This document shows positions 1 through 9,514 of a stretch of 64,000 nucleotides of DNA, piece by piece (the first letter of the stretch is position 1; each line of letters begins with the position of its first letter). The DNA lies in IMG/VR virus record IMGVR_UViG_3300032007_000036, positions 32,001 to 96,000 of that record; one strand, written 5' to 3'. The position numbers were made by a program, and so were the translations under genes. A model generated the notes under the pieces. The model searched no databases and was not told the origin of the DNA. It was given only the letters and a program-made list of their open reading frames with translations. Source of the stretch: a virus (lineage: Duplodnaviria; Caudoviricetes).

Positions 1-147
1 GACGGACTCGGTGAACCTGACATGTACACGGACAACGGATTCCATGGAGACTCCTTCTCCGGATTCGCCCGTGCACCCGGTAACGCTTGGGCTGGCAAGT
101 CTGGTCCTAGTACCATCTCCGGAGCAGACGGCACTGAGAACGTCTAA
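1..147 (+). CDS. 3' end of a gene truncated by the window edge
   Basis: Frame 1 is open from base 1 (DGLGEPDMYTDNGF...GTENV) to TAA at 145-147 and is followed by a strong terminator. Confidence 0.6.
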   Translation, partial: DGLGEPDMYTDNGFHGDSFSGFARAPGNAWAGKSGPSTISGADGTENV

Positions 148-170
148 TACGATGACCGTATCCAGTCGGA

Positions 171-221
171 ACCTGAGTCCATCCCTTGCGGATGGACTCA
201 GGTCCTTCTTCTTTTTTCTTT
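171..221 (+). terminator. Intrinsic terminator
   Basis: ACCTGAGTCCATCC / GGATGGACTCAGGT stem followed by a T-rich tract. Confidence 0.85.
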
Positions 222-279
222 TGTCTTGTGGTTGTTCGACGACAATCCTATGATTTAATTAAAAAGAAAGGTTTACACA

Positions 280-975
280 ATGTTCAAGTGTGATTCCCTT
301 ATCCTCGACAATCCTCAGTACAATCCCGCACAGGAAGGATTGTGGGACAGTATAGTCTACTTCTTCACCACGGACAAATCAATTTCCGAGAAAATAGGAA
401 ATATGCTTTACCAGATGAGCAAGATGGACGATGATGAAAAGAGAGCAATTGAATCTACCCACATCGATTACAAGATGGCTTCTTGCTCTGACTTGAAGAA
501 AGTTATGTCATTCTCTGGTTCTGCAGTTGACTTCGTCATGGCTAAATGTCAGAAGTATGAAGGTAAGTCATACGCTCTTCTCGAAGACGATCGTCAACAG
601 ATGCAGGAAGAGATTGAGGGTGAAGTGAGTTCGTTCAAAGCTTCTCATGACTTTACTGCTATTGGTGACATCGTCAAGAACGTGAATGCTCAGGAAAACA
701 AGACTTACGCTACTCTCGGATACACCTTCAACAATCTGTACGATGTTGCCAAGCAGTTCAAGGATGCTCAGTCCGGAAGGCTTGCTCGTATGAAGAAGAT
801 GAAGTTCATCTCCAACGTACTTGGGTTCAAACCTAAGGATGGAGCGCTCAAAGTTGTTCACGCTGCATCCATCGACATGGCGAATGTTCTCAACTTCGCT
901 ATGACCTGTTACAAGTACACGGACAAGTTCTTGTTCATGACTTACAGAGAACTCGAAAGACAAAAATTAATTTGA
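280..975 (+). CDS. Putative internal head protein
   Basis: 231 aa with SD AAGG. AQE-GLWDSI resembles the S/A/G-x-E processing site plus amphipathic helix of phiKZ-like head proteins. Confidence 0.5.
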   Translation: MFKCDSLILDNPQYNPAQEGLWDSIVYFFTTDKSISEKIGNMLYQMSKMDDDEKRAIESTHIDYKMASCSDLKKVMSFSGSAVDFVMAKCQKYEGKSYALLEDDRQQMQEEIEGEVSSFKASHDFTAIGDIVKNVNAQENKTYATLGYTFNNLYDVAKQFKDAQSGRLARMKKMKFISNVLGFKPKDGALKVVHAASIDMANVLNFAMTCYKYTDKFLFMTYRELERQKLI

Positions 976-989
976 TCTGTTGTATCCCA

Positions 990-1036
990 CCGTAGGGTGA
1001 TGGCAAGAAGCCATCACCCTACGGCAGGTATTTTTT
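990..1036. terminator. Terminator between convergent genes
   Basis: CCGTAGGGTGATGGC / GCCATCACCCTACGG perfect 15-bp stem. Confidence 0.85.
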
Positions 1037-1268
1037 ATCGCTTGATCAGCCACCCGTCTTCTGGACGGCCTCCTGTGAACGACACCAGCTGGTACTCGTG
1101 GAACCGAGAAGCTAACTTGGCAACTGGGCCAGGTACTTCATCGGCATCCATGGAATACGCAATCCTGTCTTCGTTGATTTCCATTGTCATCGGCTCTAGT
1201 TTTGACCTAGAGTCGTTAACCATGGAATTCAATGCTGACGGGATATGGATCCCTAGCACAGTGGTCAT
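1035..1268 (-). CDS. Hypothetical protein
   Basis: 77 aa, coupled to the upstream gene by an ATGA overlap. Confidence 0.7.
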   Translation of the reverse strand: MTTVLGIHIPSALNSMVNDSRSKLEPMTMEINEDRIAYSMDADEVPGPVAKLASRFHEYQLVSFTGGRPEDGWLIKR

Positions 1269-1741
1269 TGTATCCTCACCCTCTCGTAATGTCCGGGTTG
1301 GCGGACATACGAAACCGAACCATCGGGATTAGTCACCGGTACGAGCTGACCAGGAACCCAGACTTGCTGGTATGCCTCAACAGGACGAACCACTGTATCC
1401 AGTGGATAGTACGTGTAAGGCGCAGCTGTCACAGCAGCCGGAGCTACAACCGTTGTCGTGGCAGGAACCACGGTGGTAGCAGGTACAACCGCAGGAGCAG
1501 CAACTACGGTAGTTCCACCGTAACAGTACCCTCCGACCATACTGCCCACAACTCCACCGGCGAACGCCGGCCAGAAGTTGCGACCTCCGCGCCCCCACCA
1601 TGAACCGTGGTGATGATGGTGGTAGCCACCGTGATGCATGGGAGGACCAGGACGGAATCCACCGTGAGGCCCTCCATGAGGACGGGCGAAAGCGGTGACA
1701 GCCGCGATAGCGACTACAGCGAGAATCATTATCTTCTTCAT
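1265..1741 (-). CDS. Secreted or membrane-associated Gly/His/Pro-rich protein
   Basis: Sec signal MKKIMILAVVAIAAVTAFA; PHGG repeats, poly-His, VVPATT repeats, WVPG..PGHYE motif; SD AAGGA. Confidence 0.75.
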   Translation of the reverse strand: MKKIMILAVVAIAAVTAFARPHGGPHGGFRPGPPMHHGGYHHHHHGSWWGRGGRNFWPAFAGGVVGSMVGGYCYGGTTVVAAPAVVPATTVVPATTTVVAPAAVTAAPYTYYPLDTVVRPVEAYQQVWVPGQLVPVTNPDGSVSYVRQPGHYERVRIQ

Positions 1742-1783
1742 TGTTTGTTTCCTTTCATGAGTTTAGTATTGGTTACTATTCTC

Positions 1784-1791
1784 GTAATATA
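1784..1791 (-). promoter_or_regulatory. phiKZ-type early promoter motif TATATTAC
   Basis: Exact TATATTAC about 40 nt upstream of the start codon at 1741. Confidence 0.7.
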
Positions 1792-1819
1792 TAAGCGACG
1801 AGTATTCATGTCCATACAA

Positions 1820-1866
1820 AAAGAACAGAAGGTAAGCAGGGTAGGATTGCCCCACCCTGCTTACCA
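1820..1866 (-). terminator. Intrinsic terminator after the portal gene
   Basis: GGTAAGCAGGGT / ACCCTGCTTACC stem with a U-tract on the minus strand. Confidence 0.8.
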
Positions 1867-1878
1867 ACCGTAGACACC

Positions 1879-4476
1879 TTACATAGGTTCTTCTTCCTCT
1901 TCACCAGTCTCCTCAGGATTAGGGTTCTCTGCGGATGTCGGAATATCTCCTTTAACGAGATGTCCGATGTTCGCAATCCTCCTCTTGAGGTTCTGCAGGT
2001 ACAGGAAGATTCCCTTAGCATAGTCAGCATCAATCGCCGTAGGTTCAGGTATGTCAGCGATTGCCTGTACACCAAGCTTGGGAAGGAACTCACGAAGGAG
2101 TTTGGACGTGATCGTCGCTCTGATAACAGGCATGCTGCCCTTAAGCTCATCATCAATGACAATGTCATCAGAGTAGATGATAGTCACGAGTTTCTCAATC
2201 ATCTCGGCGAACGACTGGATCTCCTCGAAGTGAGCCTTCTTAGCAGCCATCTGCGGAGGAGGCAGATCTACTTCAAGAGACCTGATGACGTCGTTAACCT
2301 GACGCTGTAGCGCCTCGTTCTCAACATCCTCAGTCGTGTTCTCATCGAGGTTCTCAGGTTCACCGTCCTTATCCTTACGGATAGTTGTCCTGATGAGGTT
2401 AAGGAGTTTGGTGTTGGAACTGATATACAGCGAGATGAACTTCTTGTTCGTGGGTTTAATGGCAAGCTGCCAACCTGCAATCGTGTTAGCGAAGTACATG
2501 TTGGTTGTGGCCACAGACCTAGAGAACTCGTTCTCACTTAGCTGATTGAGCACAGATGCCGGTAGACCACCGAGACCCATACCGATCCAGTTGTTCAGCT
2601 TATCCAGGAGGTCAGTGTCAGGAGACTGTGCATTGCCATACACCTTCTCGTAGTTTACGGAAAGGTTGTCTGTAGTACCAGCCATCGACTTAGGAACAAC
2701 TTGAATGTTCCTGTTGACCATGGATTCAGCTGCAGTCTGCACCTCAGTAGAGAACGAAGGTGCATACTTGGACAATGCCTGACGAACAACTGCTTGTATC
2801 GTCTGGATAGGGTTGTTCTCTTTGTCGTCGATATCGACTTCGATCTTCCTACGTACAGTAGCATTCTCAACAGCAGCCATAAGGCGTGCTGTAACTAGCG
2901 TTGTACGAAGGGCAAGCATCTGAGCAACATCCTCAAGGAACGTCTTGCCTGTTCCATTCTCACGATGGTCGAAGCAGTAGTAGACCATCATTGGTTCCGG
3001 AACGAAGATCATAGTGATCCTGTTGTTGGCAAGGAGGTTGGAGAACAGAGCTTTACCAACAGCATTATGCATGTTGATGTCAAGTCCAGTCAAACCATCC
3101 TTGCTGAGACGGGATTCGAGAAGCTTATTAACTGCAACAGTGAAGACTTCTGTCATCTGCTGCAACATGAACTCAGGATTAGACGTCAGTTCGGAGAAAG
3201 AAGTAAGGGTAGCGTTACCGTACACTGCCTTGGCTGCTGACATTGCGAGTCTGTTGGTGACGTCAGTTGATCCTGTTTTGAAGAAGTTGTTTCTTCCTCT
3301 GATAGGTTGTCCGTTTTCATCGACAAGTACAAAGTATCCGATGTGGTTCTTGTTGTCTCCAGGAGCACATACAGGAATGACAGAATCAGAAGGGAGCTCC
3401 AGTACGATAGGAAGATCATCCTCACCTACCTTGATGTTGTCAGAGATTGTCAAACATCTAACAGGAGTCGTCTGGAATCCACCAGACCTCTCAGGATCAA
3501 AGCCAGTAATCTGGGCTTTAGCATCCTTCAGGAGATCCTTCAGTTTGTCTGAGTTGTTCAAGTAGCCCTTGGAAATGTGCGACAAATCTCGGGTAACGAT
3601 GACAGATCCATCATCGTGCTGCTTGAGGAGTTTGAACGTTCCGTTAACCAACTGCTTGACTAGATCTTGCTTGGAGGAAATCGTAACCGTCTTGTTGGAC
3701 TCAGTAGAACCGTCGGTGTACTTGTGGGTTTCGAACCACTTGTCTGCACCGAGACTCTCGAGAGAGGATTCCAACTCAGCTTCAAGACGTTCAGCAATAA
3801 GGTTACGCTTGTCCTTAGGAGGTTCAATGTACAGAGCCTCAGTACTAGAGACGATGCTGTCACGAGACTGCCTCAGATCCTCGTGTGCTGCAAGCACATC
3901 TGCAACTGCATTCTGAACATCGAGCTCGTGTTTAGGAAGAATGAGCATAGCCCTAGCACCTTCCTCGAAGCCTGCAGTAGCAAGCCAGGCATACAGACGC
4001 TGAGCCAGATGGAACTCATTGTTGAAGAAGTTGTTGAGCTTCTCCAGAAGGTCACTCTTGATCTCAGGAGCAAGACCTTCGTAGTTCATCGTGATGTTGA
4101 TCTTGTTAGTCTGCAGATCCTGAGGAGACATGATCGTCGAAACGATAACACGCTTCGACATCTTGATCTCAGGTGCAACTATCGTGAGGTTCTTGAGCTC
4201 TTCGATCTTGGTGTGCGTGTCGTCAGCGACTGACTCAAGATACGAACCAACCGAAGCTTCTGTAGGGACAGTCTTCTTAGGCGGTTTACCTGTCACTACA
4301 GGCGAAATACCAGCCATGTGGCGAAGCTCGTCAGTCGAGAAAACTCCGTAAGTGGTGGAGTCTGCCGGGGTCTTAGTACCCACATCCTGAATCTCAGAAG
4401 AACTCACGATGCCGAGTATTCTAAGGAACCTGGCAAGAGACCTCTTACGAGGTTTATTTTCATCACTATTTGCCAT
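1879..4476 (-). CDS. Probable portal protein (phiKZ gp129-like)
   Basis: 865 aa; recalled motifs (SVIPVC.PG..HIGYFVLVDENG.P, G.GK.FLED, EFSRSV); internal S-x-E sites; divergent from the gp128/gp127-like pair as in phiKZ. Confidence 0.7.
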   Translation of the reverse strand: MANSDENKPRKRSLARFLRILGIVSSSEIQDVGTKTPADSTTYGVFSTDELRHMAGISPVVTGKPPKKTVPTEASVGSYLESVADDTHTKIEELKNLTIVAPEIKMSKRVIVSTIMSPQDLQTNKINITMNYEGLAPEIKSDLLEKLNNFFNNEFHLAQRLYAWLATAGFEEGARAMLILPKHELDVQNAVADVLAAHEDLRQSRDSIVSSTEALYIEPPKDKRNLIAERLEAELESSLESLGADKWFETHKYTDGSTESNKTVTISSKQDLVKQLVNGTFKLLKQHDDGSVIVTRDLSHISKGYLNNSDKLKDLLKDAKAQITGFDPERSGGFQTTPVRCLTISDNIKVGEDDLPIVLELPSDSVIPVCAPGDNKNHIGYFVLVDENGQPIRGRNNFFKTGSTDVTNRLAMSAAKAVYGNATLTSFSELTSNPEFMLQQMTEVFTVAVNKLLESRLSKDGLTGLDINMHNAVGKALFSNLLANNRITMIFVPEPMMVYYCFDHRENGTGKTFLEDVAQMLALRTTLVTARLMAAVENATVRRKIEVDIDDKENNPIQTIQAVVRQALSKYAPSFSTEVQTAAESMVNRNIQVVPKSMAGTTDNLSVNYEKVYGNAQSPDTDLLDKLNNWIGMGLGGLPASVLNQLSENEFSRSVATTNMYFANTIAGWQLAIKPTNKKFISLYISSNTKLLNLIRTTIRKDKDGEPENLDENTTEDVENEALQRQVNDVIRSLEVDLPPPQMAAKKAHFEEIQSFAEMIEKLVTIIYSDDIVIDDELKGSMPVIRATITSKLLREFLPKLGVQAIADIPEPTAIDADYAKGIFLYLQNLKRRIANIGHLVKGDIPTSAENPNPEETGEEEEEPM

Positions 4477-4522
4477 GATATGTCCTTAAATTTTTAGGCC
4501 AAATTCTACAGGAGGAAAGCAT

Positions 4523-7500
4523 ATGCTTCTCACCAAATTGGCGAACCAGGAGGTTGTAAACTTCCTGAGAACCGTTACAATAAAGAATGGTTATTTCGCC
4601 GACCAACTCCTCCAAGTGTTAGTTAGACCTCCGTATAGGGAAGGGCTTCCGATCGAGCGTAATCCGTACTACATGCATCTCACTGGCCAATACATCCTCA
4701 GGGATGAGGTCAATGCGACTCTCACGGATCCGCAGACTGGAGTGAAGTACACTCAGACTTACGGTACCACCTTCTACATCACCAATGAAGACGGTGTGCA
4801 GGTGAAAGTCAAGAACAAGCAAGTCTACACAGACGATGCGTTCGATGAAATGATGTACGTCACATCTCTCGATACCCAGGAAGAGATCCCGTTTACTAGA
4901 GAGAATCTGCACGGTGATGCGGCTAACGCAGCATCAACCGTACATAAGAAGACACTTGAGGCTTACAAGGTTCCTGGTAGGTATTTTGACATGCTCTGCA
5001 AGAAATACCCGAAACAGGTAGATTTGATAAAATCTATAGTATATCTTGTAGATCCGATCAAATTATCTTCAGAGGAGATCGCTGCTTATGGCAGTGATCT
5101 TCCTACCACTAACGATCTTCGTATGCGGGCTGCAATAGAGGCAGAGCATCTTACTCTTCTGCAGTACGACGACAAGATCCTTGAAGACCGCGAACGCTAC
5201 GACATTCTCGACACTGTACGTGCAACACTCAACATCCTCCGTCTGAGGTGGGATGTTAAGGAGTATACCTTCGAAGAGAACTACGCCAATGTCCACTGGG
5301 CAATGATGTGGAGCCTACTTCCGTTGGCTATAGTTGCACAGCGCTACAGCAACATCCGTAGTCCTAGCGTTCATTCCAGTCATGTCTGGGATTACCTTAC
5401 TTCTAAGGGACTCGACTCGTATAGAGGTTATCTTACTCCTGCACAGGAGTTCTTCCTTTACAAGAATTTCCAGTTCTTGAAGGATAACAGTGGTCAGCAC
5501 AGGGTTCTCAACATCCTGATTGACAACCTTCTTACCGAGTACAATCTACACATCGAGTCCAAGACTGTGGTGATGGATAAGACCGGTATCACCAATGAGA
5601 CGGATATTGGTACCAACTACTCTGAGCAGTGCGAGCATTGCTCGAGAAGGTCTATTTGCTACAAGAACATTACCAAGTATGCTTGTAATGAGTTCGTCGG
5701 TATTTCAGAGACTCTAAAGCCGATACCGATTATCCTCAGTGAAGACCTTGCAGGTGTTCGTAAGAAGAAAGTACTTGAGTTGCTCAAGACCAGGTACGAC
5801 TGCGAGGGTGAGGAAGCTGAACAGAGGTATGACCGTTCGTTCATGTGGCACGATGCGGCTATCGACAGCATAACTGCCGAGTTGGATCGCGAGCAGACGA
5901 TCGATACCACAGGAACAGTCGAAGAGCTTGAAGACGTTATTCTCCGTGAACATGAGTCTGGTCTAGAACCAGTCTTCAATGATGGAGTAGTAGAGTCGCA
6001 GAGGACAGATCTTCGTCATGTACGCAGTTCCTACCTCCCGACTAAACTCCTCGAGATCATTGAGGATCCTGTTGAGCCGACATACGACGAGATGTTCACT
6101 AGGTTCGTCACGGACACGTTCCTCCATCTTGCACCTCAGATCATCAACGGCTCTGTTAGTACCAAGGTGTTCGAGTCTTACTCGATGATGATTGGTCAGG
6201 ATGCTCTATCGTTTATCTTCAGCTACGGAGAAATGCTGGCGGCTATGTATCTCGGGTTCATCCGTGAACAGTCGCCTGATATCGTCGTGGACTATCCTGA
6301 TGAGAAAGGCGAGTACACCCAAAGGTCGTTCATCTCCAACTTCAAGGAATATAAGTCCTTTGAGTTCAAGATTCCCTCTACTGCTATCCTTAACACCACA
6401 TTCAAGCTAGGCAAGCCTGTTAAACAGCAGGATCTTGTTGATGCCTGGAGCAACATCGACGAATCACTCAACGAGCTGGGGAACTTTGTCACAACGGAAG
6501 ACGAGTCTCCTGTCGATACCAAGAAGTACTACATCATCTCTGGTGGTGGTTATGTGCTTGCTGGTAACAAGGGATACGTTGCTGAGTGGGAAGATGGAGT
6601 CGAGTACTTCGAGTTCAAGACTCTCAAGGATCTTGCAGTTAACAAAGACGACTCTACTGAGCTCATCACTATCAACGGTGAAATTTATGCCGTTAGTGTC
6701 AGGGACAAGATCTCTGATGAGGACATCGCCAACTGGGAAGGATTCTCCAATGCTTACACCGTACTCGGAAAGTATACGTACAAGAACAACGCGTACATCT
6801 ATTACGAGAACAACGGTGAAATAGCGATCGTTCCCAAGTACTTCAGGTGGCACTCCGATCACTTGAGTGTTCCTTCCTACAGGACGTATGACGAGATGAT
6901 TGCTGGTAATCCAGATCCTAAGCTTGGTGACTTAGCAGTCATCTGGGGAGTTTCTGATGATCCTGCTACCACAAGCGTTGATGAGCGTGTTTACATTTAT
7001 GCCCTCGACAATGTCGGATCAGGCAAGTCCTGGAGACCAGTGATAGCAACCGACCAGTGCGAAGTCATTCAGGTTCCGTTTGAGTATACCTACAACGAAG
7101 CCTCTGGTGACTACAGCATCAAGGTTATGAAGACGACGATTCATGCGCAGAACGATGTTCTCAGTTTTACAGATATAACCTTCCTCACTCCTGAGGATGA
7201 GGTTACCACTGAGGAACTCACTGAGTATCAGAACTTCGTCGCATTTGCTGACTCTGCCAAGGCAACCAAATACGATCTCTGTGAACTGGAGCATTACGTC
7301 AACGTTGACTGGATCATCAACAACTTGTACGTTGAGATGCTAGGACAGATCGACAGCCAGGCTCAGCTTGGAGAGTACATCGAGAAGATGTTCACCATCC
7401 TCGAGAGACTCGACATGATCAGAGCCAGTGCTGGTGATATCAGAACCAAGCTTGCTGTTACTGAATTCCTAAAGGTCATCCTCGTGGACAATAGCAAGAG

Positions 7501-8611
7501 GGAGTTCAAGCTTGTTAACGTTGGAGACAACGCATCTCCTACATACGAGGACTGGTTCCAGTACAACCAGGAGATTGGTAACTCGATCCGCAAGATCGAC
7601 TCTGCTATCAACTCCACGGAGCTCTGGAACGAATTCTCGATCAAGCTGTACGGTGCTCTACTCAAGGGATGCGGACTTGCTTATGCCAACATCTCTACAG
7701 ACAAGACCAAGTACAACAAACTTAAGGCACTCATCAAGAGTCTGAGCAGTTATCTGATCAACTTCACAGACGGCAATTCAATCAGTCGAGTGAGCACTGA
7801 ACTGCCCCACATTGCCGAAGATACACACGATCATGCTCTGTCGTTCAAGTCGTTCATCGACATGTCCGTCGTGACTGAAACAACTGACAGACCCAAGACC
7901 GGAGACATCAATGGTGATGAGTATGGTAGGTTGTTCATACCAGTAAGAGAGAGGTTTGCTGTTGACGACGACGTGATTTACTTCCATCGTCGGTTCCACA
8001 CTGACATGGACAGCAACGGTCAGATCATTCCGTACACCGACGACGAGTTCAACGGTAGCGGAGTTGAGTTCGTGAGAGACGGCACTATCATCAAGGGAAG
8101 TGACCTTAGCAAGCATCCTTACTACTTCTTCGTCAATATGAAGGATCTGGTTGGTGCTTCCGAAGACCAGCTGGTAAGAGCTATCCGCATGGAGAACGAT
8201 GATCCCAGCAGGACTTACAACTGGTACTACCAGATCGGTACTAAGGTTACTAAGACAAAGATGGTTCCAACGTATCCTGCAGATCCCGAGGCAAGTGCAT
8301 CAGAAGCAGCTGTCTACGAGAGTGTTGCTAAGATGACAACATCTTCTGAGGTTGTCAACTCTGTTTCTTACAATAAGGAGATAGAGTATGAGGATATCGA
8401 GTGGAGTGATCCTGATTTCACACTTAGCAGCACAATTGCTGTTCTTGAGAAACTGTCTGCATATCTCAATCTCTACACTAGGAAGTGGGCTTTGACTTGC
8501 AGGTCTGACGTAGAACTGCAGGAGATAGGCTACCTGCTTACCGAAGACGAGAATGGGAATCTCGTGAGAGACAGTGCTCAGAAAGATCATGTCTACGAAA
8601 CACAGTTATAA
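4523..8611 (+). CDS. Large virion structural protein (phiKZ gp128-like) with long insertions
   Basis: N-terminal YY.HL.G.Y, M.V.SLDT.E.I.FT.ENL, YP.Q..LI and VHS.H.W.YL.S.G motifs; synteny with the portal gene. Confidence 0.65.
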   Translation: MLLTKLANQEVVNFLRTVTIKNGYFADQLLQVLVRPPYREGLPIERNPYYMHLTGQYILRDEVNATLTDPQTGVKYTQTYGTTFYITNEDGVQVKVKNKQVYTDDAFDEMMYVTSLDTQEEIPFTRENLHGDAANAASTVHKKTLEAYKVPGRYFDMLCKKYPKQVDLIKSIVYLVDPIKLSSEEIAAYGSDLPTTNDLRMRAAIEAEHLTLLQYDDKILEDRERYDILDTVRATLNILRLRWDVKEYTFEENYANVHWAMMWSLLPLAIVAQRYSNIRSPSVHSSHVWDYLTSKGLDSYRGYLTPAQEFFLYKNFQFLKDNSGQHRVLNILIDNLLTEYNLHIESKTVVMDKTGITNETDIGTNYSEQCEHCSRRSICYKNITKYACNEFVGISETLKPIPIILSEDLAGVRKKKVLELLKTRYDCEGEEAEQRYDRSFMWHDAAIDSITAELDREQTIDTTGTVEELEDVILREHESGLEPVFNDGVVESQRTDLRHVRSSYLPTKLLEIIEDPVEPTYDEMFTRFVTDTFLHLAPQIINGSVSTKVFESYSMMIGQDALSFIFSYGEMLAAMYLGFIREQSPDIVVDYPDEKGEYTQRSFISNFKEYKSFEFKIPSTAILNTTFKLGKPVKQQDLVDAWSNIDESLNELGNFVTTEDESPVDTKKYYIISGGGYVLAGNKGYVAEWEDGVEYFEFKTLKDLAVNKDDSTELITINGEIYAVSVRDKISDEDIANWEGFSNAYTVLGKYTYKNNAYIYYENNGEIAIVPKYFRWHSDHLSVPSYRTYDEMIAGNPDPKLGDLAVIWGVSDDPATTSVDERVYIYALDNVGSGKSWRPVIATDQCEVIQVPFEYTYNEASGDYSIKVMKTTIHAQNDVLSFTDITFLTPEDEVTTEELTEYQNFVAFADSAKATKYDLCELEHYVNVDWIINNLYVEMLGQIDSQAQLGEYIEKMFTILERLDMIRASAGDIRTKLAVTEFLKVILVDNSKREFKLVNVGDNASPTYEDWFQYNQEIGNSIRKIDSAINSTELWNEFSIKLYGALLKGCGLAYANISTDKTKYNKLKALIKSLSSYLINFTDGNSISRVSTELPHIAEDTHDHALSFKSFIDMSVVTETTDRPKTGDINGDEYGRLFIPVRERFAVDDDVIYFHRRFHTDMDSNGQIIPYTDDEFNGSGVEFVRDGTIIKGSDLSKHPYYFFVNMKDLVGASEDQLVRAIRMENDDPSRTYNWYYQIGTKVTKTKMVPTYPADPEASASEAAVYESVAKMTTSSEVVNSVSYNKEIEYEDIEWSDPDFTLSSTIAVLEKLSAYLNLYTRKWALTCRSDVELQEIGYLLTEDENGNLVRDSAQKDHVYETQL

Positions 8612-8624
8612 CTAAGGAACACAA

Positions 8625-9443
8625 ATGAGCGAAGTCGCATACAAAACATCAATCGTCACGACTACAGAGTTGGGGAGAATCAATCAGCTCTCCGCTACGG
8701 TTGCGACGAAGTTTCTTGTTCTCCCTGACACTACTCTCAACAAGAAGTACAATGTCCTTACGGAGGCAAGCATAACGACGTTCCCTCGTATTCGATACTT
8801 CGGTATCGGCATCAAGGGTTACGCCAACATCTCCTCGGAGAACAACATCGCACAGCCGTATCAGCCTTCACCGTCTGACATGGATCTGTACGAACCCATT
8901 CCGTTCAGATGTGTACCAACACCACTCAGTCAGACTGAAGCTGCCAAGTACCGTATGGTGACCAAGGTTACACTCAACGGTAGGACGTACTATCAGTACT
9001 GGTTGAAGTTGCTGGAGTTCGAAACCGATCAGCCCAAGTTGACTACTGTCACTGGTAACCGTGAGGTTGCGCATATACTCAATACCTCGAACCTCTATCC
9101 GACTCCTACCAACCTTACTGGTACGGACGTTAGTAGCTCCATCGGTTCACGCAGCGAAGTGTCGGTAACGGCCATTCGCCGTGTGACTGGTGAAGAGGTC
9201 TGCGAGGTTATCGGTGTTATGTATGGCGGTGATCTCCGTCGTGCACGGATCTCAGAGTTCGGTCTGTACTCTGGCATTGAGAAGGCTCAGTGCACTCTCG
9301 ATGGTATCCCATACACCTACAATGAGGCCGCGTATGTTCAGCTCGCTTCTCACATGTGCATGATCGGTCACGATCTGTCCAGTGTGAACTCGAGCATCGA
9401 CGAACGCTGCGTCATCCAGACCGGTGCTGTGATTCAGATCTAA
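8625..9443 (+). CDS. Virion structural protein (phiKZ gp127-like)
   Basis: TTLN.KY, YFGIGI.G, LY.PIPF, YWLK.L and ISEFGL.SG motifs; synteny. Confidence 0.65.
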   Translation: MSEVAYKTSIVTTTELGRINQLSATVATKFLVLPDTTLNKKYNVLTEASITTFPRIRYFGIGIKGYANISSENNIAQPYQPSPSDMDLYEPIPFRCVPTPLSQTEAAKYRMVTKVTLNGRTYYQYWLKLLEFETDQPKLTTVTGNREVAHILNTSNLYPTPTNLTGTDVSSSIGSRSEVSVTAIRRVTGEEVCEVIGVMYGGDLRRARISEFGLYSGIEKAQCTLDGIPYTYNEAAYVQLASHMCMIGHDLSSVNSSIDERCVIQTGAVIQI

Positions 9444-9451
9444 AAAGACTG

Positions 9452-9511
9452 AAAAAGAATAGGCAGACTGGGTGGCTCGAAGCCACCCAGTCTGCTTCTC
9501 TTTTTTGTTTT
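9452..9511. terminator. Bidirectional terminator
   Basis: GCAGACTGGGTGGCT / AGCCACCCAGTCTGC stem flanked by A-rich and T-rich tracts between convergent genes. Confidence 0.85.
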
Positions 9512-9514
9512 GAA

